The notes beneath the pieces were generated by a model. It did not search any database, was not told the origin of the DNA, and worked only from the letters and a program-made list of their open reading frames with translations. From assembly GCA_020723485.1 (NCBI GenBank), contig DYIU01000004.1, positions 27,057-91,056 of the forward strand: DNA of 64,000 nt. Reading direction: 5' to 3'. Positions 26,119 to 37,740 of this stretch are shown piece after piece. Position numbers and translations under genes: made by a program. The stretch is from Acidimicrobium ferrooxidans (GTDB lineage Bacteria > Actinomycetota > Geothermincolia > Fen-727 > Anoxymicrobiaceae). Numbering within the stretch: position 1 is the first letter of the stretch; every line of letters starts with the position of its first letter.

Positions 26119-27322
26119 TCCCAACCACCTCCTTGAGCCTGGCTGCAACCGCGGCTCCCAAACTGCGGCACGCGTCGAATCCGTCTTCATCGGGGACGTA
26201 GTTGATGTTCAGGGGGTCTGCGACCAGCTCGACCTTCATGTCGGCCAGGGCCTCGTTGACGAGCTTCGCCCCCTCGCCCGACCACCCGTACGAGCCGAAA
26301 GCGGCGCCGAGGAGGTTTTTCGGCTTCAAGCCCTTCAAGTAGGTCAGAACGTCCGCGACCGTGGGAAAGACCCCGTTGTTAAGAGTCGGTGTCCCGACGA
26401 GGAGTGCACCGGCGTCGAGCACCTGCGTCGCCACCGCGGCGCGGTCGCAGGCCTTGAGCGGCATCACCTCCACGGCAACGCCCTCGGCCTGCATCGCCTC
26501 ACCGATCACCCGGCCCATGAGGTCGGTGCTGCCCCACATCGTGTCGTAGACCACCACCGCCTTCTTCGTGGGCCTCTGCGCCGCCCACTCACCCCACAGG
26601 CCCAGGATGCGATCGCATCCCTTGCGCCAGATGGGGCCGTGGTCCGGGCAGATGAGGTCTATCTCGACGCCGAGGTTGCTCACTTTCTCGAGCAGCCTGG
26701 TCACCTGGTTGCTGTAGGGCAGGAGTATGTTCGCGTAGTACTTGGCCCCCTCCTCGAAGATGAGGCGGTCCTCCATCTGGTCCGCGAACCTGTCGCTCGT
26801 GGCCAGGTGCATGCCGAATCCGTCCTGGGAAAAGAGCAGCCTGTCGTCCGCCAGGTAGGTGATCATGCTGTCGGGCCAGTGCACCATGCGTGTCTCGAAG
26901 GAAGTGAAACTCAGGCCGCCCAGCTCGTAGGGCTCGGCGTCCTTTATGGGGATTATCTCCCTGTCCATGTGGTAGTGCGCGCCGAGCGCCTTCACCCCCA
27001 TGGGCGAGGCGAACACCTTTTCGGGCTCCACCGCCGCGAGGACGGCAGGAAGAGAGCCGGTGTGGTCAGGCTCGGAATGGTTCGAGATCAGGTAGCGGAT
27101 GCTCTTCAGGTCTGTGACGGAGGCCACACGCGACAGGAGCTCGTCCTTGTAGGCGGCCTTCACCGTGTCGATGAGGATGGGGTCGTCCCCCATCACCAGG
27201 TACGCGTTGTAGGTGGACCCGCGCCTGGTGCTGTACCCGTGGAAGTCGGTTATGCTCCAGTCGATGGCGCCGACCCAGTAGACGTGCTCGCTAACCTTTA
27301 CAGCTTCGAATGGACTGCTCAT
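26108..27322 (-). CDS. fprA: flavodiiron protein FprA (metallo-beta-lactamase-like diiron domain + flavodoxin domain)
   Basis: True start ATG 27322 (MSSPFEAVK) with GAGGGAGA RBS; HxExDH diiron motif ([11 protein letters not shown]) and C-terminal flavodoxin domain ([11 protein letters not shown]). Confidence 0.85.
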   Translation of the reverse strand: MSSPFEAVKVSEHVYWVGAIDWSITDFHGYSTRRGSTYNAYLVMGDDPILIDTVKAAYKDELLSRVASVTDLKSIRYLISNHSEPDHTGSLPAVLAAVEPEKVFASPMGVKALGAHYHMDREIIPIKDAEPYELGGLSFTSFETRMVHWPDSMITYLADDRLLFSQDGFGMHLATSDRFADQMEDRLIFEEGAKYYANILLPYSNQVTRLLEKVSNLGVEIDLICPDHGPIWRKGCDRILGLWGEWAAQRPTKKAVVVYDTMWGSTDLMGRVIGEAMQAEGVAVEVMPLKACDRAAVATQVLDAGALLVGTPTLNNGVFPTVADVLTYLKGLKPKNLLGAAFGSYGWSGEGAKLVNEALADMKVELVADPLNINYVPDEDGFDACRSLGAAVAARLKEVVGSGS

Positions 27323-27341
27323 GATGGTCTCCCTCTCGGCA

Positions 27342-27827
27342 TCAGGTGCGCATGGCAAGCTCTCCGTCGAGCTTCTCGAGCTCCTCGGTCGAGTCCCCTG
27401 CCGACTTTATCATGTCGACGATCTTCTCCGCGGTCTCTTCCTCCTCGACCTGCTCGCTCACGAACCAGGCAAGGAACTCCTCGGTCTCGAGGTCACCCTC
27501 GCTCCTGGCCGTCTCGACCAGGCCGTTGATAAGGCCGGTGACCTTCCTCTCGTGCTCGAGCGCCGCCTCGAACGGACCCGGGACCCCGTCCCATTCAAAC
27601 GGCGGTGCGTCCACGGCCGCCAGCCGCACCCTGCCGTTCTCCGCGATGTAATCGAAGAACTTCATGGCGTGCGTGAGCTCCTCCAGCCTCTGCACCCGCA
27701 TCCAGCTCGCGAATCCCGGCATCCCTATCGACTCGTAGTATGCGGACATGGACAGGTACAGGTAGCCCGAGAATATCTCCGCGTTGAGCTGCCCGTTCAT
27801 GGCTTCCTGCATCTTCTCGGACAGCAC
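27342..27827 (-). CDS. ftn: non-heme ferritin
   Basis: Ferritin-like four-helix bundle with ferroxidase-centre Glu/His spacing (EIFSGYLYLSMSAYY...EELTHAMKFFDY...EHERKVT). Confidence 0.75.
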   Translation of the reverse strand: MLSEKMQEAMNGQLNAEIFSGYLYLSMSAYYESIGMPGFASWMRVQRLEELTHAMKFFDYIAENGRVRLAAVDAPPFEWDGVPGPFEAALEHERKVTGLINGLVETARSEGDLETEEFLAWFVSEQVEEEETAEKIVDMIKSAGDSTEELEKLDGELAMRT

Positions 27828-27833
27828 GGTCCG

Positions 27834-28208
27834 TCACGCCTTCCAGAGCCCGTGGAGGTTGCAGTGCTCGCGGGCGGTGACGTCCGTCCTGTCGAGCCCG
27901 AACAACGCCTGGGGCTCGTCTCCCGCCTGGAGGAAGGCCACGTGGATGACCTCGCCGTCGATGACCTCTATCCACTCTATGTGGTGCTCCTCGACCATCG
28001 GGTGAGCCACGCTGCCCACCTTGACCAGTATGCCGCCGTCAACCTTCTCGATCACCGGGACGTGCTTCTCCACCGCGGCGTCGACGGTATTCTCCTCGAG
28101 AAGCTTCATGGGCTCGCCGCAGCAGACGAGGGCTCCCTTTCCGCCCCGGAACGTCTCTACTATGTTCCCGCACTTCTCGCACTCGTAGACCTGCAGTCTC
28201 TCCGCCAT
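27834..28208 (-). CDS. dfx: desulfoferrodoxin (2Fe superoxide reductase)
   Basis: N-terminal desulforedoxin CEKCGN...CCGEPM and C-terminal SOR His/Cys ligands (HVPVIE...[11 protein letters not shown]...C). Confidence 0.8.
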   Translation of the reverse strand: MAERLQVYECEKCGNIVETFRGGKGALVCCGEPMKLLEENTVDAAVEKHVPVIEKVDGGILVKVGSVAHPMVEEHHIEWIEVIDGEVIHVAFLQAGDEPQALFGLDRTDVTAREHCNLHGLWKA

Positions 28209-28249
28209 TCCTTACTCCCCCTTCTTCCATCGGCCCGCCGCCGTTCACA

Positions 28250-28287
28250 GGCGCGCACCTTCGATTCCTTCGAACGCCTTGCGCGCC
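28250..28287 (-). terminator. GGCGCGCA...TGCGCGCC hairpin in the rbr-dfx spacer (possible partial terminator/attenuator)
   Basis: 8-bp GC stem with 22-nt loop, 41 nt downstream of the rubrerythrin stop and upstream of dfx. Confidence 0.25.
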
Positions 28288-28327
28288 GGGTCAGCATGAG
28301 ATTTCGACGGCCGTGCCTGTTTTCCTA

Positions 28328-28903
28328 TTACCAGTTCTCGGCCAGGAGCTCGAAGTAGTCCCTGGCGTGGGCGCACGCGGGGCAGGAGGAGGGCGCCTCG
28401 ACACCCTCGTGCAGGTAGCCGCAGTTGCGGCAGCGCCAGACTACCGGCTCGCCCTTCTTGAAGACGGTCCCGGCCTCCACGTTCGCGAGAAGGCCCAGGT
28501 AACGCTTCTCGTGCTGCTTCTCAGCGACCGAGATCCTCTCCCATACTATCGCTACCTCATCGAAGCCCTCCTCGCGCGCGACCCTGGCGAAGCCCGGGTA
28601 CATCTCGCTCCACTCGTAGTTCTCGCCGGCCGCAGCTGCGTTGAGGTTCTCCGCCGTCGTTCCTGTCACGCCCGAGGGGAACGAGGCCGCCACCTCGGCG
28701 CTCCCGCCAGGGAGGAACTTGAAGAACCGCTTGGCGTGCTCCCTCTCCTGGTCCGCGGTCTCCTCGAAGATGTCAGCGATCTGCACGAAACCGTCTTCGC
28801 GGGCCCTGGAAGCGAAATAGGTGTAGCGGTTTCTCGCCTGAGATTCCCCGGCGAACGAGGTTATGAGGTTGGTCTCGGTCCGTGAGCCTTTCAACTCGGC
28901 CAT
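28328..28903 (-). CDS. rbr: rubrerythrin (diiron ferritin-like domain + C-terminal rubredoxin-like domain)
   Basis: ExxH diiron motifs (EREHAKRF, EKQHEKRY) and C-terminal CRNCGY...CPAC. Confidence 0.85.
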   Translation of the reverse strand: MAELKGSRTETNLITSFAGESQARNRYTYFASRAREDGFVQIADIFEETADQEREHAKRFFKFLPGGSAEVAASFPSGVTGTTAENLNAAAAGENYEWSEMYPGFARVAREEGFDEVAIVWERISVAEKQHEKRYLGLLANVEAGTVFKKGEPVVWRCRNCGYLHEGVEAPSSCPACAHARDYFELLAENW

Positions 28904-28950
28904 ACAGCCTCCTTAGGTTTTGGACAATAGTTATCACGAGGGGAATGCGT

Positions 28951-29691
28951 TCAACATTGCGCCCGGTCAATCCCTGACAGAAAACTCTCGAAGGACGCGT
29001 CGTCCCGTATCCCCAAGCGCGTCAGGGCAAAATCGTATCGCACGGGGTCGGCCGGTACAATGCCGCGGAAACCGGACGTTATCTCGAGGGAGGCTTTGAG
29101 GTCGGGGCTGCGGCGCGAGGTAAAGCCCAGCGCGAGGCCGGCCCTGTACATGTGGGTGTCGAGAGGGACGATGAGCTTCGAGCGTGACACGCCGCGCCAG
29201 CCCCCCGGGTCCACCTCGTCCTTCCTCACCAGCCATCGCAGGAACAGGTTCAGCCGCTTGCACGCGCTCCCCCTCGCCGGGTGGGGCAGCAGGAATAGGC
29301 AAGGGCGTCCCGAAAAGCCCTCCAGCGCCGAGGAGAACGCCCCGAGCGCGCCGAGCACGGTCTCGTCCGTGCCCCTGAGGCCGGATGTGAAGCACGCGTT
29401 GAGAGAGCCGTATTCCCCGAGGGCGTGTTTCACGCCCACCATGAGACCGCCAAGCTCCTCGCCTGTGGTGAAGCGGTGCTTGAACCCCGGGAAGGCCTTC
29501 TTCAGGGCCGTGTCGCTCGACCCGGTGACGAACTCGTGCGGAGAGCGGCCCATCTCGCCGAGCACCGACTCCACGCTCCGCAGGATCAGTGCCACCTTCC
29601 CGTAGGCAAGGCAAGAGGCGACCAGCGCCGCCACCTCGCGGTCGCGGGCAAGGCGGTAGCGGTACAGGAACTCGAGCGGGTCCGGGTGCAC
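28951..29691 (-). CDS. TIGR02757/DUF2400 family conserved hypothetical protein
   Basis: 246-aa conserved ORF between the EncFtn-like and rubrerythrin genes; family assignment from recollection of DUF2400 features, no catalytic motif. Confidence 0.45.
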   Translation of the reverse strand: MHPDPLEFLYRYRLARDREVAALVASCLAYGKVALILRSVESVLGEMGRSPHEFVTGSSDTALKKAFPGFKHRFTTGEELGGLMVGVKHALGEYGSLNACFTSGLRGTDETVLGALGAFSSALEGFSGRPCLFLLPHPARGSACKRLNLFLRWLVRKDEVDPGGWRGVSRSKLIVPLDTHMYRAGLALGFTSRRSPDLKASLEITSGFRGIVPADPVRYDFALTRLGIRDDASFESFLSGIDRAQC

Positions 29692-29757
29692 GAACTCGGG
29701 GTGGTTATACCTCTCGTATTGTTCTTCCAGAAGCTCGCGTATTCCCCGCCCCAGCTG

Positions 29758-30090
29758 TCAGCCTTCCTCCATCTCGGTGAGGTCGCCCTCCGTGAACAGG
29801 TAATCTTTCAGTTCCTTCGAGAGCGCCTCGTCCCGCCTCCTCAGCCACTCGAGGAGCATCGAGGCGTGCTCCTTCTCCTCGTCGCGGTTGTGGGCAAGTA
29901 TGGCCGCCAGCTCGGCATCCTTTGTGGCGACGACCCTCTGGTGGTACCAGTCTACGGCCTGCAGCTCCTCGATCATCGAGACTATGGCACGGTGGTAGTC
30001 GCGCGCCTCCTCGGGGATGAGGTCCACGGGCTCGTGGTAAGCTTCAGCCATGACTCCCTCCTGACATGCGGCCTTCAGCAAATCGGACAA
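29758..30090 (-). CDS. encapsulated-ferritin-like (EncFtn family) ferroxidase, orphan (no encapsulin shell gene, no cargo-loading peptide)
   Basis: HEPVDLIPEE...RAIVSMIEELQAVDWYHQR...ELAAILAHNRDEEKEHASMLLEWLRR closely matches the characterised EncFtn core including the EExxH motif, but ends right after YLFTEGDLTEMEEG. RBS AGGAGGGAG. Confidence 0.6.
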   Translation of the reverse strand: MSDLLKAACQEGVMAEAYHEPVDLIPEEARDYHRAIVSMIEELQAVDWYHQRVVATKDAELAAILAHNRDEEKEHASMLLEWLRRRDEALSKELKDYLFTEGDLTEMEEG

Positions 30091-30130
30091 GCACTAGATT
30101 AGCCGCGCGGCAGGGGAATCCTGCCGGGTG

Positions 30131-31318
30131 TCAGTCTTCGATGTAGTCGCGGAGGCGCCCGCTGCGGGAGGGGTGGCGGAGCTTTGAGAGCGTCTTAGAC
30201 TCTATCTGCCGGATGCGCTCGCGGGTGACCCCGAAGACCCGGCCGACCTCCTCGAGCGTGCGCGGCTGACCGTCCAGCAGCCCGAACCGCAGCTGGATGA
30301 CCCGCTTCTCGCGGGTGTTGAGGTCGTCGAGGACCTCCTCGAGCTGCTCCTGCAGCAGCTTGAACGCGGCCGCGTCAACCGGCACAACGGCGCCGGAGTC
30401 CTCGATGAAGTCGCCAAGGTGGCTGTCCTCCTCCTCACCGATGGGGGTCTCGAGGGACACAGGCTCCTGGCTCACCTTCAGTATCTCGCGGACCTTCTCC
30501 GGTGAGAGCTCCATCTCGTCGGCTATCTCCTCGGGGAGCGGCTCGCGGCCCAGGTCCTGCAGGAGCTGCCGCTGCACGCGGACCAGCTTGTTGATGGTCT
30601 CCACCATATGGACGGGGATGCGGATGGTGCGCGCCTGGTCTGCGATGGCGCGGGTAATGGCCTGCCTTATCCACCACGTCGCGTACGTGCTGAACTTGTA
30701 TCCCTTGCCGTGGTCGAACTTCTCGACCGCGCGGATGAGGCCGAGGTTGCCCTCCTGGATGAGGTCCAGGAACAGCATCCCGCGGCCGACGTAGCGCTTT
30801 GCGATGCTCACCACGAGCCTCAGGTTGGCCTCGACCAGCTTCTTCTTGGCCTCGAGGCCGTCGGCCTCGACGAACTGCAGCCGCGATACCTCGTCCTTGC
30901 TCAGCTTCTCCTCGGAAGCAAGACGCGCCGACGCGGCCTCCCCGGCCTCTATCCTCTTTGCGAGCGAGACCTCTTCCTCGGCGGTGAGCAGGGGAACCTT
31001 GCCGATCTCCTTGAGGTACATCCGGACCGGGTCGTTGGTGGCGGGCTGCACGGAGAGGTCCAGCTCCTCGCCGCCGCCCTTCTCTCCCTCCTTGCGCTCC
31101 TCCTCCATCTCCTCCTTGATCTCGTCAACCGCTTCGTCGGTTATCTCTATGCCGAGGTCCGAGAGGTAGACGAAGACGCTGTCGACCTGGTCGGGAGTGA
31201 GCTCGACCGTCTTCAGCCTCTCCACTATTTCGTCTGTGCTCAGCGAGCCGCGCTCCTGGCCCACCGCGGCCAGTTCGCGCACCTCATCTATGTCGAGGTC
31301 TTTCCAGTCTTCTGCCAT
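30131..31318 (-). CDS. rpoD: RNA polymerase sigma-70 factor RpoD
   Basis: Regions 1.1-4: [34 protein letters not shown] (region 2.4/3.0), C-terminal 4.2 HTH. Confidence 0.9.
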   Translation of the reverse strand: MAEDWKDLDIDEVRELAAVGQERGSLSTDEIVERLKTVELTPDQVDSVFVYLSDLGIEITDEAVDEIKEEMEEERKEGEKGGGEELDLSVQPATNDPVRMYLKEIGKVPLLTAEEEVSLAKRIEAGEAASARLASEEKLSKDEVSRLQFVEADGLEAKKKLVEANLRLVVSIAKRYVGRGMLFLDLIQEGNLGLIRAVEKFDHGKGYKFSTYATWWIRQAITRAIADQARTIRIPVHMVETINKLVRVQRQLLQDLGREPLPEEIADEMELSPEKVREILKVSQEPVSLETPIGEEEDSHLGDFIEDSGAVVPVDAAAFKLLQEQLEEVLDDLNTREKRVIQLRFGLLDGQPRTLEEVGRVFGVTRERIRQIESKTLSKLRHPSRSGRLRDYIED

Positions 31319-31361
31319 CTACCAGATATCACCGCCTCGCGGGCCTCCTCGAGGCCCGGCG

Positions 31362-33209
31362 CTAGTCACGGTCAAAGGGGAACTGCTCCCGGATCACCTG
31401 CTGGATCTCCAGGAGACGGGCGCACAGCGCCTCGTATTTCTTCGGCTCCAACCTGGGGTTTACCTTGCTTACTTCGATCTCGAGCTGCTGTTTCTCTCTC
31501 TTGAAGAAATTCAACTTGAGTGTCTCGAAGACCTTATTCTCGTAGCCGGGACTGCCTTCGGGGGGCGCCTCCACGAGGAGGCGTGTCACTTTGCCGCGCA
31601 GTGTGTCGTCCAACCGTTCGAGCATGCCCCTGACAAAGCTATCAAATTCGGCCTGTAAACCTTCTTCGTCACCGGCCGGGAATTCCTTTAACATCTCGAA
31701 TATTTTTTTGTTCCCGGCGTCGGTGAAGTAGTCGGAGTCAAGGTACATCTGCTCGTGAAGCGAGTTCGGATCGTGCAGGAGGACCTGGAGGGCCTCGTTT
31801 TCTACCTTGTCCCACATCCCCGCCGCGCGAGCGCCCTCGGGCCTTCTCTCCGCGGCGCCGGAGGAGGCCCTGGGCTTTGCCGCCTGGCGCATGTACACCT
31901 GGACCGTCTCTTCGGGCATGTCCAGCATGCCCCCGACCTTGCGGACCAGGTCGTTGCGCACCGGCATGAACTCGTCCGCCGAGACCCGCGCGATCACGGG
32001 CGCGCAGGCGGCCATCGCCCGCTGGCGTCCCATCGGCGTCGTGGTGTCGCATCCCTCGATTATCTTCTTCACGGAGAAGTCGAGGAGGTTCTCCGCGGCC
32101 CCCATGTGCCCGGCGAAAGCCCCTGCCCCGCCCTTCTCCACCAGGCTCGCCGGGTCCTCTCCCTCGGGCAGGCTCACCACGAAGACCTCCATGCGGAACC
32201 TGTTCCAGAACTCGAGCGCCCTGCGGGCGGCGTCCGTCCCCGCCCTGTCGGCGTCGAACGCCAGGTACACGTTGTCGCAGACCCTGGCCAGGAGGTCGAA
32301 GTGGTTCTCGGTGAGTGCCGTCCCCAGCGTCGCGACCACCTCGGCTATGCCCGCCTGGCGCAGCGCCAACAGGTCGGTGTAACCCTCGACCACGACCGCC
32401 CGCCGCGCCTCGGAGATGGCCTGGCGCGCCTGGTAGTACCCGTAGAGCGTGTGGCCCTTGCGATAGATAGGGGTCTCCGGCGAGTTGAGGTACTTGGGCT
32501 CGTCAGCGGAAGACTGCCCGGGAAGCTTTCGCCCGCCGAACGCGACCACGCGCCCGCGGTGGTCCATTATCGGGAACACCACCCGGTTCCTGAAGATGTC
32601 GTATATCCCCCTGCCCTGGCCGCCCGAGCGCTCGCGCGCGAGCCCCACCGTCACAATGTCCTTCTCGGCGAAACCCTTCTTGCCCAGGAACCCGGCCAGG
32701 TTCTCCCACCCCGGGGGGGCGAACCCGAGCTTGAACTCGTCTATTATCCGGCTCTCGAAGCCCCTGCCGGAGAGGTAGTCACGCGCGCCACCAGCGCCCT
32801 CCGTCTCCTTGAGCAGGTAATGGTAGTAGTCCGCCGAGGTCTGGTTGAGCTTGAAGAGGCGGTCCTTCTCCAGGCGGCCTTTCATCTCGGCTTCGCTGGA
32901 AGCCTCGTACGTCAGCTGCACACCGATGCGGTCTGCCAGCCGCTCGACGGCGTCCGCGAACGAGAGGCCGTCGGCCTTCATGACGAAATCGAAGGCGTTG
33001 CCGCCCACCTTGCAGCCGAAGCAGTGGAAGACGGCCTTGGAGGGGTCGACGTAGAACGACGGGTCCTTTTCCTTGTGGAACGGGCAGGGACCCCGGAACT
33101 GCCGGCCCGACTTCTTGAGAGGGATGTACTCGGAGATCAGCTGCACTATGTCGGTGCGGTCGCGCACCGTCTCGATGTCCGACTGTCTTATCCGCCCGCC
33201 GGGCGCCAC
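31362..33209 (-). CDS. dnaG: DNA primase DnaG
   Basis: CHC2 zinc finger CPFHKEKDPSFYV, TOPRIM EGYTDLLAL. Start proposed at GTG 33209 (GTGAGG RBS); the 18 codons of the ORF-track start 33263 are a read-through of palindromic element E. Confidence 0.8.
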   Translation of the reverse strand: MAPGGRIRQSDIETVRDRTDIVQLISEYIPLKKSGRQFRGPCPFHKEKDPSFYVDPSKAVFHCFGCKVGGNAFDFVMKADGLSFADAVERLADRIGVQLTYEASSEAEMKGRLEKDRLFKLNQTSADYYHYLLKETEGAGGARDYLSGRGFESRIIDEFKLGFAPPGWENLAGFLGKKGFAEKDIVTVGLARERSGGQGRGIYDIFRNRVVFPIMDHRGRVVAFGGRKLPGQSSADEPKYLNSPETPIYRKGHTLYGYYQARQAISEARRAVVVEGYTDLLALRQAGIAEVVATLGTALTENHFDLLARVCDNVYLAFDADRAGTDAARRALEFWNRFRMEVFVVSLPEGEDPASLVEKGGAGAFAGHMGAAENLLDFSVKKIIEGCDTTTPMGRQRAMAACAPVIARVSADEFMPVRNDLVRKVGGMLDMPEETVQVYMRQAAKPRASSGAAERRPEGARAAGMWDKVENEALQVLLHDPNSLHEQMYLDSDYFTDAGNKKIFEMLKEFPAGDEEGLQAEFDSFVRGMLERLDDTLRGKVTRLLVEAPPEGSPGYENKVFETLKLNFFKREKQQLEIEVSKVNPRLEPKKYEALCARLLEIQQVIREQFPFDRD

Positions 33210-33226
33210 ATAAACCTCACTTAAAT

Positions 33227-33280
33227 CCGGGGTCAGGCCGCGAGTCAAGCCCGGCGGGCTCAACTCGCAGCCTGACCCCC
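33227..33280. repeat. palindromic element E (CCGGGGTCAGG...CCTGACCCC termini) in the dgt-dnaG spacer
   Basis: TIR CCGGGGTCAGGCCGCGAGTCAAGC / GCTCAACTCGCAGCCTGACCCC; the right end overlaps the dgt TAG stop (gaccccCTA) and is followed by TATCCC, as for element A. Confidence 0.55.
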
Positions 33281-34284
33281 TATCCCATCCAGGAGCGCGG
33301 GAGGAAATATTCCCCGTACTTCGTCAGTGCGTAGCGGTCCGTCATGCCCGCCACGTAATCGCACACCTTCGTCGCAAGGTCCTCGCCGTTTCTTGGACGG
33401 AACTCGTCAGGCATCTGTTCCGGGTTGGCCATGTAGTACTCGGCGAGCGACTGAAGGACGCGGACCGCCTTATCCTCTTCCGTCTTCGCTATCGACCCGA
33501 TGTAAACCTGGTCGAAGAGGAAGTCGCGCAGCTCGTTCATGAGGGCGCTTACCTCCTCGCTCATCTGTATCGTGTCCGAGTCCAGGCTGCTCGAGACCAT
33601 GTCGTGGGCCAGCGCGTCAATCCTGTGGCTGGGGTACTGCCCCAGCACCCTCATGGGTTCTGATGGAAGGTCCTCCATGCGTAGCAGGCCTGCCCGGAGC
33701 GCGTCGTCGATGTCGTGGTTGATATACGCTATGCGGTCGGCCGTCCGGACAATCTGGCCCTCCAGGGTGGCGGGCATCTCTTCGCCGGAGTGGTTCAGTA
33801 TCCCGTCGCGGACCTCCCAGGTGAGGTTCAGGCCCCTTCCCTCGTACTCGAGCACCTCCACCACCCTGAGGCTCTGCACGTTGTGCCGGAACTCGGTCCC
33901 GGCGGGCATGAACATGGAAAGGGCGTTCTCCCCGATATGCCCGAACGGGGTGTGCCCGAGGTCGTGTCCCAGGGCGATGGCCTCGGTCAGGTCCTCGTTC
34001 AGCCGCAGCGCCCTGGCGATGGTGCGGGATATCTGCGCGACCTCCATGGTATGGGTGAGCCTGGTGCGGTAGTGGTCGCCCTCCGGCGCAAGGAAGACCT
34101 GTGTCTTGTGCTTAAGGCGCCGGAAAGACTTGCAGTGGATGATGCGGTCGCGGTCGCGCTGGTACTCGGTGCGGATGCTGCAGGGCTCCTCCGGCCTCTC
34201 CCTGCCGCGCGTCTCTGCCACGAGCGCCGCCCGCGGCGACAGGGTGCGCCGCTCGAGCTCCTCGGTCTCCTCCCGGATGGTCAT
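33280..34284 (-). CDS. dgt: dGTP triphosphohydrolase-like HD-domain protein
   Basis: True start ATG 34284 (MTIREETEELERR) after GGAGG; HD motif (RLTHTMEVAQI...LGHDLGHTPFGH). Confidence 0.8.
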   Translation of the reverse strand: MTIREETEELERRTLSPRAALVAETRGRERPEEPCSIRTEYQRDRDRIIHCKSFRRLKHKTQVFLAPEGDHYRTRLTHTMEVAQISRTIARALRLNEDLTEAIALGHDLGHTPFGHIGENALSMFMPAGTEFRHNVQSLRVVEVLEYEGRGLNLTWEVRDGILNHSGEEMPATLEGQIVRTADRIAYINHDIDDALRAGLLRMEDLPSEPMRVLGQYPSHRIDALAHDMVSSSLDSDTIQMSEEVSALMNELRDFLFDQVYIGSIAKTEEDKAVRVLQSLAEYYMANPEQMPDEFRPRNGEDLATKVCDYVAGMTDRYALTKYGEYFLPRSWMG

Positions 34285-34860
34285 CGCTCCGCCGCCTCCA
34301 CAAGGCCCTCGGCCATCACCTTCGCGCGCTCCAGGGCCGCGGCGTCCTCGGAAGCCGGCCGCTGGGCGCACACCCCCTGGTGGCCCGGCCCTGAGGCCTT
34401 CGAGGCGTCCCCGATAATCCTCATGCCGTGCACTAGCAGGATGTCATGTATCGCGCGCACCGTCGTCTCCTGGCCGCCAAACCTCCCGGCGCCGACGCTC
34501 AGCGCACCTGCGGGCTTGTTCAAAAGGGCTCTCTCGCCCCTTATGTTCCGGCTCTTGTCCCAGAACGACTTGAGCTGCCCGCTCACCGTACCGAAGTAGA
34601 CCGGGCTGCCGACCACCAGGGCGTCACAGTCCCGTAGCAGGTCGTAGGCGTCGGCGAGCGCCGGCTCCTGGTGGCAGGTCTCCGGGCACGGGGTCGCGCA
34701 GGCCGCGCAGTAGGCGTTCTCCTGGCCCTCGAGCGCGTCCATCACGTGGATGACCTCCGTCCGCGCGCCGAGCTCCGCGCACCGTGACAGCACCGCGTTC
34801 AGAAGGAAAGCCGTGCTGCCTGCGCGGTCAGGGGAGCCGTTGATTCCTACGATGAGCATT
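34281..34860 (-). CDS. NADPH-dependent FMN reductase-like / iron-sulfur flavoprotein
   Basis: Start ATG 34860 (MLIVGINGSPDRAGST) after GAGGTGG; paralogue of 354..923; stop overlaps the dgt start (ATGA). Confidence 0.65.
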
Positions 34861-34882
34861 TCGACCACCTCATATTCCGGCG

Positions 34883-34958
34883 TCACGTCTTATTCTATGA
34901 CCGCGTTGCCACAATCCGGGGCATGCCGGTCGCCCCGGTCATAGAATAAGACGTGACC
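34883..34958. terminator. 22-bp perfect inverted repeat hairpin (GTCACGTCTTATTCTATGACCG / CGGTCATAGAATAAGACGTGAC) with about 32-nt loop between ppdK and the flavoprotein-dgt-dnaG-rpoD operon
   Basis: Arms 34883..34904 and 34937..34958; AT-rich stem core, GC-rich loop; 5 nt downstream of the ppdK stop. Confidence 0.5.
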
Positions 34959-34963
34959 CCCAA

Positions 34964-37696
<2,733 letters not shown>

Positions 37697-37740
37697 TGAC
37701 TGTCGCCTGACAGGTGTATACCCTTTCGCCCCCCGGCGGC

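Noticed and set aside
28904-28950. Possible PerR/Fur-type box upstream of rubrerythrin (CAATAGTTATCA)
   Set aside because: The sequence is not a true palindrome and does not match the PerR or Fur consensus convincingly. Only a generic promoter-like region (TTGAAC...TAACTA on the minus strand) can be stated.
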